From IMG/VR virus record IMGVR_UViG_2579779045_000011: 64,000 bases of DNA; one strand, written 5' to 3'. The notes below the pieces were generated by a model. It was not told the origin of the DNA, did no database searches, and was given only the letters and a program-made list of their open reading frames with translations. This DNA comes from a virus. Below, one piece after another: positions 56,823 to 64,000 of the stretch (within the stretch, counting starts at the first letter, position 1; every line of letters begins with the position of its first letter). The position numbers were made by a program, and so were the translations under genes.

Positions 56823-57463
56823 TAAAAGTTCCCCACTGAAAAAATTATCTCTTGCTTAACCTTGAACTCAATCACCCAAACCCAAGGGTTTTCATTCCAA
56901 GATTCTTTACCTTTTATTGCTTCCCAATGTTTTTGAAAGTTAAGAACTGGGTTATGAGAATTATTGCTTTGCATAGTTGAATCAGTTTTAGGTTTATCAA
57001 AACCTTCAGCCTTAGCATCTACATCACTAATTTCATGTAAACGCTCAACACGGATATCAACTATTTCAAGCAAAACACGTGATGCTTTACGAGGCATACG
57101 AGAAGATGGCTTCCATCTAACTGGATAACCCTTTCCCTTACAGTCGTAATAAGCAATTTCATTTGGGTTATCTGCTTTGTAGACAAATGACTCATGAGGA
57201 GTTCCACCTAAACTTCTAATTTTGGTGCCATACGTCTCTTGAACAAAAAGCTGGTCGCCAATTGCTCCAAAAGGACAAATTTTCTGAAAATAAGAAGATA
57301 TTTGTGATTTAGAATCTTCTAAACCAAAGAACTGTCCAAGATGTTCAGCTATATCAATTTTTTTTTGAACTTTACTCTTAATAATTCGGCGTGTTTGCGT
57401 CTTAGATCCATTTAAAATGGCCCTAACCATTTCTGAATTAAATAAAATTGGACGTACAGTCAT
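56822..57463 (-). CDS. ASCH/PUA-like phage protein
   Basis: MVRAILNGSKTQTRR...WNENPWVWVIEF. Confidence 0.8.
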   Translation of the reverse strand: MTVRPILFNSEMVRAILNGSKTQTRRIIKSKVQKKIDIAEHLGQFFGLEDSKSQISSYFQKICPFGAIGDQLFVQETYGTKIRSLGGTPHESFVYKADNPNEIAYYDCKGKGYPVRWKPSSRMPRKASRVLLEIVDIRVERLHEISDVDAKAEGFDKPKTDSTMQSNNSHNPVLNFQKHWEAIKGKESWNENPWVWVIEFKVKQEIIFSVGNF

Positions 57464-57915
57464 GCTGCACCTTCCTGAGCTGGTTTATACAAGCTCACTT
57501 GTTCAGCAAAATTCCATGCACGTTTACAGATATTATTTAAAGACGAGCGGCGTTCATCTAACCATTGTTCACGCCATTTATTTTTCTCAGCTGGATCTTG
57601 AATTAAGTCATAAGCTTTATAGAAAGCAGTACGGTCAAGATAAGAACCTAACAAAACACTGTTAAAGCTATTTACCAGGTCAAACTTTTCTTCATTTCGA
57701 ACTTGAATATAAGTTTCTTTAAAATTCAACCCAAAATTAGAAACAAACCATTCGTCATGCCCACCAAAAATAAAGAATGGAACATCAAGGTCGTTTTCAA
57801 TTCCTTTTGCACAGTATTGACCGTTTCCAAGTACACAAGTAACTAAAGCAGCAATTTTTAAATTTGGCGCTTCAAATGTACATTTATCACTAGGATTTAT
57901 TAATTCAAAAATCAT
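57460..57915 (-). CDS. Hypothetical phage protein
   Basis: MIFELINPSD...RRSSLNNI; ATGA-coupled. Confidence 0.75.
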   Translation of the reverse strand: MIFELINPSDKCTFEAPNLKIAALVTCVLGNGQYCAKGIENDLDVPFFIFGGHDEWFVSNFGLNFKETYIQVRNEEKFDLVNSFNSVLLGSYLDRTAFYKAYDLIQDPAEKNKWREQWLDERRSSLNNICKRAWNFAEQVSLYKPAQEGAA

Positions 57916-58097
57916 TGTTCAGTCCCAACCTCAATTCGTAAATCTAAGAAAGCTTGGTTAACTGGACCTACGTAGCGTGACCAGCCAAAGTTTTCTTGCC
58001 AAAACCACCAATTGTTCTGTTCGTCACGCTTCCACGGCGTTCCCTCAGAATCAGTGTGATTGGTTCCTAACGGCCAAACCTTTTTTTCTGAAGTCAT
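57912..58097 (-). CDS. Small Trp-rich hypothetical protein
   Basis: AGGAG RBS; coupled at both ends. Confidence 0.7.
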   Translation of the reverse strand: MTSEKKVWPLGTNHTDSEGTPWKRDEQNNWWFWQENFGWSRYVGPVNQAFLDLRIEVGTEQ

Positions 58098-58270
58098 GAA
58101 ATCTCCTTTTGTGCATTGAATGCACGATCTAGAAATTTCTCTTCATCGGTTTGAGTGTTTACGATTTGATGCGGGGCATCTTGATTTATAAGACAAGTTG
58201 AGCACTGTTCTTCTTTAAAATCAGTGCATTTGCCTGAGCAGGGATGATTTGCTAAATTACTCACGTTCAT
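58094..58270 (-). CDS. Small Cys-containing hypothetical protein
   Basis: Start set at MNVSN; C..C...C..C motif. Confidence 0.55.
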   Translation of the reverse strand: MNVSNLANHPCSGKCTDFKEEQCSTCLINQDAPHQIVNTQTDEEKFLDRAFNAQKEIS

Positions 58271-58328
58271 TCTTCCAAGGGTTTGAACAGCCATAGACCA
58301 TTTCCTGTTGGCGCAGGGAGTGGTTTTT

Positions 58329-58703
58329 TTATTTCCAGCTAAGTAGATCAAGCTGGACTGATTTATCACTAGCATTTGTATGCCGCGATTTTTCGGCCCG
58401 TAAAGGCACTAATTCGAAGGTATCTCTGGTATACCCATTATCTTTTGACCCACAAAAAACATTTCTGAGAAACTCGTATTCAGATTCAGCTTCTGAGACT
58501 TTCCTAGTGCAAATGTTTTTAATTACTTCGAGAGAGCTTTTACCTGCCATCTCACCTTCTACTTCTGAAATCTTTTTCTTACACATAGAGCGGATGAGAT
58601 TAGATAAGGAGTTCTTGCCTTCAAGTTTGGCAATCCATTCCATCTTTGCTTTTTCTTCTAAAGTTAATTTCGATGATGCATTTGCAAGAAGTTTTTCAGC
58701 CAT
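58329..58703 (-). CDS. Ribbon-helix-helix-like regulator in the CII position
   Basis: KLTLEEK...SLSNLIRSM; directly after cro; GAGG RBS. Confidence 0.6.
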   Translation of the reverse strand: MAEKLLANASSKLTLEEKAKMEWIAKLEGKNSLSNLIRSMCKKKISEVEGEMAGKSSLEVIKNICTRKVSEAESEYEFLRNVFCGSKDNGYTRDTFELVPLRAEKSRHTNASDKSVQLDLLSWK

Positions 58704-58735
58704 GGTTATGCCTCATACTTTCCTAAAAGTGGTTT

Positions 58736-58969
58736 TTATGCAGATCGATTTAATTGTTTTGTCTTGGATTCCTCATATTCTCTATTCTGTTCAGATGCAA
58801 CTAACGCGTCTAAAGCAACACCTTTGTTATAAGCAACTTCTTTTTGTTCGCCACTTGCAATTTTTGAAACAGAACTTTGAGAAATTCCTGTTCGCTCTGA
58901 AATTTGCTGTTGTGTCAAACCTCGGTTGTTTGAAAGGTAAATAACCTTATCTTGAATATTCATGCACAT
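58736..58969 (-). CDS. cro: Cro-like HTH repressor
   Basis: GLTQQQISERTGISQSSVSKIASG; divergent from cI; GGAG RBS. Confidence 0.85.
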   Translation of the reverse strand: MCMNIQDKVIYLSNNRGLTQQQISERTGISQSSVSKIASGEQKEVAYNKGVALDALVASEQNREYEESKTKQLNRSA

Positions 58970-58993
58970 ATCAATGACTCCATAATGATGAAT

Positions 58994-59066
58994 ATTTTTA
59001 TTCATTAATGAATAGCTGTCAATACGAAGATGAATTGTTTTCCACAAATTATTCATTTTTGAATAA
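58994..59066. promoter_or_regulatory. OR-like operators TATTCA-N4-TGAATA with a PR-like promoter
   Basis: Palindromes at 58999..59014 and 59049..59066; minus-strand TTGACA at 59017..59022. Confidence 0.7.
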
Positions 59067-59093
59067 AATTAATTATCAGACCTGGACCAAAGA

Positions 59094-59804
59094 ATGAGTC
59101 TTAAAATGAAAGAGAAATATCTTTTAGAAAAGAATGTGAAATACATTTTGTTTTCACAACGATTAACAGTAACGGGTCTTAGTAAATTATCCGGGGTGCC
59201 TCAACCTACACTCTTCCGTTGGGAAAGTGGACAATTTCAAGCGCCTACTATTAAGACAGTAGAGAAGTTAGCGAAATGGTGTGGTTTAACTACAGAAGAA
59301 TTGCTCTACCAAGATATTGAAAAAATTTTAAAAAATAAAAGCTCTGATTCCAATCTTAAACTTGATAACAATGTTGATCTTAATAATAAAATCAACATAG
59401 AAGGAGATTTAGTACCTGTGATTTCTTGGGTAGCAGCGGGTTCATTTACAGATGTACAAACTGTGTTAAAGGATACGGAAGTAATAGAATGGCTTCCACC
59501 AATGAAAAAGGCTGGTAAGAATGGTTATGGCCTTATAGTCACTGGATACTCAATGTATCCAAAGTTTGAACCTGGTGATCGAATATATGTAAATCCTGAT
59601 TATCCTGTGTTTGATCTAAAAACCAATGATCTTGTAATTGTTGCATGTGCAGGTGAATCAGAGGCTACTTTTAAAAAGTTAATTATTGAAGGAAATGAAA
59701 AATATCTAGAACCGCTTAATACAAAATGGCCTGAGCAGATTATTAAATTAACTGAGGGTTGTAAGTTGGTAGGTAAAGTAGTTGGTATGCATAGGGAGTT
59801 TTAA
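59094..59804 (+). CDS. cI: CI-like repressor (HTH + S24 peptidase)
   Basis: HTH; VAAG cleavage site; GYSM (Ser) and TFKK (Lys) catalytic motifs. Confidence 0.93.
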   Translation: MSLKMKEKYLLEKNVKYILFSQRLTVTGLSKLSGVPQPTLFRWESGQFQAPTIKTVEKLAKWCGLTTEELLYQDIEKILKNKSSDSNLKLDNNVDLNNKINIEGDLVPVISWVAAGSFTDVQTVLKDTEVIEWLPPMKKAGKNGYGLIVTGYSMYPKFEPGDRIYVNPDYPVFDLKTNDLVIVACAGESEATFKKLIIEGNEKYLEPLNTKWPEQIIKLTEGCKLVGKVVGMHREF

Positions 59805-59814
59805 GGGAAACACT

Positions 59815-60102
59815 ATGGAAAGACCAGATAAAGATATTTTTAAATTTCAAGGAATTAACACCTTTTTAACTGTGTTTGCTGAGGAAGTTATTAAAAGCCA
59901 ACCCAATTTAGCAGCTAATATTTTACTAAATATAAAAAATTTAGCTGATGAGAACCATCCTTTAGTGGAGCAAGCTTTTATACTTGATAATTTTGAAAAT
60001 CCTGAACTAGCTAAAGATACGGTTTTTCAAGCACTTAGTGGCTTTAATAATGAATTAGCACGCCTACTTTTAATGACAAAAAATTCATTAATGGATAGTT
60101 AA
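59815..60102 (+). CDS. Hypothetical protein co-transcribed with cI
   Basis: Start MERPDK with AAGGG RBS; terminator at 60150..60177. Confidence 0.7.
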   Translation: MERPDKDIFKFQGINTFLTVFAEEVIKSQPNLAANILLNIKNLADENHPLVEQAFILDNFENPELAKDTVFQALSGFNNELARLLLMTKNSLMDS

Positions 60103-60226
60103 ATAATTCAGGAAGTAAACTAAAGTAGTTAAATTGTAATGAATGCCTAAAAACTCAGCAAAATGCTGGGTTTTTTTATAATTAGAATAATTCAAATGGA
60201 TAATTTTAGATCAAATAATAAACAAT

Positions 60227-60279
60227 TAATTCATTGGTGAATAATTACTAGTTGAATAATTCTATTCATTGATGAATAA
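60227..60279. promoter_or_regulatory. OL-like operators ATTCA-N4-TGAATA
   Basis: Copies at 60227..60244 and 60263..60278, upstream of the plus-strand early operon. Confidence 0.7.
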
Positions 60280-60313
60280 TTAATTCACCAACACATCTCA
60301 TGGTGAATAAATA

Positions 60314-60646
60314 ATGAGTACATTACGCTCTACAGATTGCGAAGAATTTATTAATGACATCGATGGCGGTGCCTTTGCAAAACAACTTGGCTATGCAGTT
60401 AGCAAGGTTGCAAGTGCTGCTGTTGATACACAAAAAGTCGGCGAGATCACAATTAAATTAAAGTTCTCTAAAGGCGTTGGTCACAACAACGTTACTGTAG
60501 AGCACAAACTAATTTCAAATGCCCCACTCCCAAAAGGTAAAAGTGTCGAAGAACACGGTGACAAAACACCTATGTATGTAAACACACGTGGTGATGTATC
60601 GCTTTTTGCTAAACACACTGACCAGCTTTTTGAAGAAAAAGCTTAA
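60314..60646 (+). CDS. YfdP-like phage protein
   Basis: FINDIDGG...TPMYVNTRGDVS; precedes a DUF2303 gene. Confidence 0.75.
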   Translation: MSTLRSTDCEEFINDIDGGAFAKQLGYAVSKVASAAVDTQKVGEITIKLKFSKGVGHNNVTVEHKLISNAPLPKGKSVEEHGDKTPMYVNTRGDVSLFAKHTDQLFEEKA

Positions 60647-60686
60647 TTTTTAAAATCTTTTTTACTCAACTAAAGGAAAGACCTTC

Positions 60687-61490
60687 ATGTCTGAAAAAAT
60701 CGAAATCGAAAAATTTCTAGGTTTAGCTAAACCTGTAATTCCACTTGAGCGTGGTCAGCTTGTAGCTTTGCATCATGACTATAGTGTTATAGCTGCTGAA
60801 AAATTTATGGATGCTCGATTCCGTCCTCATGGTGAATTTACTACACCAACATTTAATGACTTTAAGGATTTTGTAGTTGCAGAAGGCGGTAAAGATACAC
60901 CAATTTTTGTTAATCAAAATGACGTAAAAGCTATTGCAGTTCTTAACTTCCATGGTGAAGGAAAAACCCAAGGCCATTGTGACTATTTAGCTTCTCTGTG
61001 CCTAGAATCAACTGTGGTGTGGAAAAAATTAAATCAACTTAAAGACCATAAGTTAGATCAACGTAACTTTGCTGTTTTCATTGAAGATTGGGCTCAAGTA
61101 CTTAATGCATTTGATGAAAATAATAATGCTATTGATATTAAAGATGCCCTTGTTGCAGTACGAAATATGCAAATTGAAGCATCGACTACTAGTAACGCTG
61201 AAGTAGAAAACACACGTCAGGTTCAATCTGAAATGGCCCAAATTGCAGCTTCAGCTAAAAAAGGCGTATTACCGGCTTATTTCACCATCCAAGATTCAGC
61301 TTACTTAGGTCTTGCAGAACGAGAAATCAAATTACGTTTAATTGTAAATAGCACTGGTAGCGCACCTCAGTTTGCCATTCAAATTGTCAAAGAAGAGTTA
61401 TTACGTAATGAAATTATTGAAGATTTCAAAGAAGAAGTAATTGCTTTACTTCCAGAAAACCCTGTACGAATTGGGTCATTTAAATCTTAA
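60687..61490 (+). CDS. DUF2303 (YfdQ-like) protein
   Basis: LDQRNFAVFIEDW and LPAYF motifs. Confidence 0.8.
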   Translation: MSEKIEIEKFLGLAKPVIPLERGQLVALHHDYSVIAAEKFMDARFRPHGEFTTPTFNDFKDFVVAEGGKDTPIFVNQNDVKAIAVLNFHGEGKTQGHCDYLASLCLESTVVWKKLNQLKDHKLDQRNFAVFIEDWAQVLNAFDENNNAIDIKDALVAVRNMQIEASTTSNAEVENTRQVQSEMAQIAASAKKGVLPAYFTIQDSAYLGLAEREIKLRLIVNSTGSAPQFAIQIVKEELLRNEIIEDFKEEVIALLPENPVRIGSFKS

Positions 61491-61495
61491 GAAAT

Positions 61496-61549
61496 AAAAA
61501 AAGCCCTGAAAACTTTGGACGGCTATCGGGGCTTTTTTCAACCAATACT
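61496..61549 (+). repeat. Terminator-like repeat with conserved loop, copy 1
   Basis: AAAAAGCC..ACTTTGGACGGCTATCG.GGCTTTTT..ACCAATACT. Confidence 0.85.
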
Positions 61550-61575
61550 ACGTAATCGTCAAAAGGTGAACTCTC

Positions 61576-61836
61576 ATGGATCACTACAAAGACAAAGTTA
61601 TAGACGAACAAGGCTTGATTAGCGTTTCGGAGGCGTTACGAGCTATGGCTTGTGGTCGTGTTATTCAATGTTCAAGTAAAGACTTTCCAAATTGGAAGGA
61701 CATGGAAATCACAAATATTAATGCGAAAAATTTAATTGATGAAGAGCGCATTAATAAAAACGGCTTTAAGTACAGATATAAACCTTCGCAAATGTCTGTA
61801 AATGCTGAGCTAACAAAAATGAAAAAGCCTCAATGA
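61576..61836 (+). CDS. Hypothetical protein (86 aa)
   Basis: AAGGTG RBS; lies between the two repeats. Confidence 0.7.
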   Translation: MDHYKDKVIDEQGLISVSEALRAMACGRVIQCSSKDFPNWKDMEITNINAKNLIDEERINKNGFKYRYKPSQMSVNAELTKMKKPQ

Positions 61837-61872
61837 CTTTGGACGGCTATCGAGGCTTTTTCTACCAATACT
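61822..61872 (+). repeat. Terminator-like repeat with conserved loop, copy 2
   Basis: Same core as 61496..61549. Confidence 0.85.
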
Positions 61873-61894
61873 GTACGTATAAAGGCAAATTATT

Positions 61895-62224
61895 ATGAAT
61901 CAGAAATATATAAACAGTCAATCTACCCCATCTACACCTATTTGTTTCGTGCCTGAACTTAGCGGGAATAAAACAAATAAACCAGCTACTTCTAAACTTT
62001 ATCAGCATCCATCAGCAGAGGATCTAAAGTTTAAAAAAGATAGTAAATGGCCGTATGTTTTATGCTTCCTTATATTTAGTGCATTAGCTATTGCTTTCCT
62101 TTATGCATGTGATGCAGAGGCTCAAGTGCGTGAGCAGAAGACGCAACATTGGCAACAACAATTTAACTCAGGCGAACCTGTTGATGTTCAAGTACATGTA
62201 GTTAAATTAGGTGGTGCACAATGA
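61895..62224 (+). CDS. Single-pass membrane hypothetical protein
   Basis: One hydrophobic helix (WPYVLCFLIFSALAIAFLYAC). Confidence 0.7.
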   Translation: MNQKYINSQSTPSTPICFVPELSGNKTNKPATSKLYQHPSAEDLKFKKDSKWPYVLCFLIFSALAIAFLYACDAEAQVREQKTQHWQQQFNSGEPVDVQVHVVKLGGAQ

Positions 62225-62592
62225 GAACAAACTATTTACGAGGATCTAAACGTTACGAAAATAATCTGAATGGTCAAGTAAACCAAAAATCAACTTTCCG
62301 TGAATTCGTAGGGAAGGATGAAGAACATGGTTTATACAAAGTCCGTCTTGGCTATACAGTTTATGCTGCAAATCACACTTTAACTCGTGTTTATACGGTT
62401 AATGAAAACAATGAATTAACTCCTGTTTCACAATATACGTTAAATACAAAAGAGTGGATTTTACGAAATCTAGAAACCGAAATTAAATATCGTAGAGGAC
62501 GTGAATTAGGTCAAATTCTTCAAAAAACGCACATACCTTCCCCTGACCGGAAAGCTTACAAAATTCGTCGTGGTTTTCTTGGTACACGCTAG
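62221..62592 (+). CDS. Hypothetical basic protein
   Basis: ATGA-coupled ORF. Confidence 0.7.
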   Translation: MRTNYLRGSKRYENNLNGQVNQKSTFREFVGKDEEHGLYKVRLGYTVYAANHTLTRVYTVNENNELTPVSQYTLNTKEWILRNLETEIKYRRGRELGQILQKTHIPSPDRKAYKIRRGFLGTR

Positions 62593-62604
62593 TTGGGGAT
62601 ATTT

Positions 62605-62748
62605 ATGTTAGTTATTAAATCTTTTCGTGTGATTTATGGTACTTGTCCAAGATGTACTAATGACAAATGCACTTTAGGTGTTAGTCATTCTGGCTCTGGT
62701 GCTCAATGGGAATGTCACAACTGCGGCTTTTGTTGGCCTAACAGTTAA
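62605..62748 (+). CDS. Small zinc-ribbon protein (47 aa)
   Basis: Below the ORF-track cutoff; GGGGA RBS; CPRC...WECHNCGFCW. Confidence 0.65.
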   Translation: MLVIKSFRVIYGTCPRCTNDKCTLGVSHSGSGAQWECHNCGFCWPNS

Positions 62749-62762
62749 ATGGTGCATGATCA

Positions 62763-63443
62763 ATGAAAGCAATTATTTTAGATACTGAAACCAACAAATT
62801 AAATGGTTATCCAATTGAAATCGCTTATGCGCCTTTTAGCTTAGAGAATGGTCAATTGTTAGTTCATAAAGATGAAGTTTTTAACCGTTTCTATTCTTGT
62901 CCTGAACCGATTGATTTAGAAGCAATGGCTGTACACAACATCATTGAAGCGGATATTGAAGGTCAACCAAGTTGCGAATCGTTCCGGTTACCTGAAGGGG
63001 TTGAATTCATTGTCGGTCACAATATTGATTACGACATCAAAGCTCTAAATAAATGTGGACCAGCAATTAAGGCAAAGGCTATTTGTACTTTAGCTTTAGC
63101 AAGGGACGTATGGCCTGATTTAACAAGTCATAAATTGGCTGTTCTGTACTATTTCGTAATGAGTAACCGTGAAGAAGCACGTAAGCATTTAAGACATGCA
63201 CATTCAGCACGGGCGGATGTTTATTTTACTGGGATTATCCTAATAGCTCTAATTGAACGACTGGGAATTAAAGATTTGAACTCCTTATTTCTCATGTCTG
63301 AAGCTGTACGTTTACCCAAAATAATGACATGGGGTAAACACAAAGGAACGCCTCTTAAAGAATTACCGCGCCCATATATCTCATGGCTCCTGAATAAAGA
63401 AGACCTTGACCCACATTTGCGTAAAGCGCTTCAAAATATTTAA
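62763..63443 (+). CDS. DEDDh 3'-5' exonuclease (ExoX-like)
   Basis: ILDTET, VGHNIDYD and AHSARADV motifs; C-terminal WGKHKG domain. Confidence 0.9.
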   Translation: MKAIILDTETNKLNGYPIEIAYAPFSLENGQLLVHKDEVFNRFYSCPEPIDLEAMAVHNIIEADIEGQPSCESFRLPEGVEFIVGHNIDYDIKALNKCGPAIKAKAICTLALARDVWPDLTSHKLAVLYYFVMSNREEARKHLRHAHSARADVYFTGIILIALIERLGIKDLNSLFLMSEAVRLPKIMTWGKHKGTPLKELPRPYISWLLNKEDLDPHLRKALQNI

Positions 63444-63455
63444 AGGTTAGCAACT

Positions 63456-64000
63456 ATGAAACCTACTCTATTTACGCCTGAAACATGGGCGGAGTTTACC
63501 CAACAACTCAAAAATTCTTGGGAAAAAGATAACGCTGGTACTGATTCACCAATTTTTGTTGTTCAAGAAAAAAAGATTGTTTGGGGTTTAGATCCGGCTA
63601 GTGATTCTGTAGAAATCACTAATATTGTAGATGCCGATGATGAATCAACATATAAATCAATTGATGATTTTTTTGAATCTCTTAAAGCTACAGATAAGCA
63701 TGCTTTAAATGGTTTAGCAATTGAAGAGGAAGATGAACTTTTCCTCGATGTAAAAGCTTCTACTCAAATAAACATTTTATCTGATTGGAATGAACGCAAT
63801 ATTCATATCTGCCATGGTAAATATTTTTGGGAAGATGTTAATTGCCATCTAACTCGTTCAGCTGCAGATGCATTTATTAAACGTAAATCGCATGATTTCG
63901 GTGAGTTGCGGGTATTTGTTAAGTCACTTTATTGGTGTGAGGAGTTTAAGAATTTACTTAACGCTATTATTAGCGGTGAAGTAGGTTTGACAAGTATAGA
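63456..64000 (+). CDS. Ead/Ea22-like phage protein (runs off the right edge)
   Basis: Manual translation MKPTLFTPETW...TDSPIFVVQEKK...HLTRSAADAFIKRKSHDF is open to the window end. Confidence 0.65.
   Translation, partial: MKPTLFTPETWAEFTQQLKNSWEKDNAGTDSPIFVVQEKKIVWGLDPASDSVEITNIVDADDESTYKSIDDFFESLKATDKHALNGLAIEEEDELFLDVKASTQINILSDWNERNIHICHGKYFWEDVNCHLTRSAADAFIKRKSHDFGELRVFVKSLYWCEEFKNLLNAIISGEVGLTSI

Larger units (their letters stand above)
1..64000. mobile_element. Temperate prophage (partial): P1-like morphogenesis module plus lambdoid immunity/replication module
   Basis: Continuous phage gene content (portal, capsid, sheath, terminase, cI/cro, initiator/DnaC) and no housekeeping genes; boundaries lie outside the window. 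Confidence 0.93.

Noticed and set aside
61496..61872. Possible mini-CRISPR array
   Set aside because: Only two copies, ~325 bp apart, enclosing a gene; terminator-like; no cas genes

Overview
The window is almost entirely one AT-rich temperate (pro)phage; composition and gene content suggest an Acinetobacter host (inference). No attachment site or integrase is visible, and both ends run off the window. From ~1 to 50.2 kb, mostly on the minus strand, lies a P1-like virion and packaging region: a DarB-like helicase (partial), DdrB- and DarA-like proteins, portal, a 3452-aa spike/tail-tip fusion, tube, sheath, capsid, prohead protease, baseplate, an intein-containing terminase and a tape-measure/lysozyme. 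Accessory genes are interspersed: a RelE-type TA pair, an antirepressor, a Tad1-like sponge, two HEPN-motif proteins, an LprI-like inhibitor and a lipoprotein. From ~52 to 64 kb lies a lambdoid early region: DnaC-like loader, initiator with iterons, C5 methyltransferase, cro/cI with operators, a YfdP/YfdQ-like pair and an exonuclease. Signals that the ORF track does not explain: (1) two RNase genes each followed by its own sigma70-promoted, structured ~90-nt RNA; (2) a 14-copy late-promoter motif, (T/A)GGAAC-N29-NANNNT, usually coupled to a hairpin over the translation start; (3) a 119-aa ORF overprinted inside the DarB-like gene; (4) a recurrent F-D-S motif in head proteins, a candidate protease cleavage code. 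All family assignments come from motif recognition by eye, not database searches.
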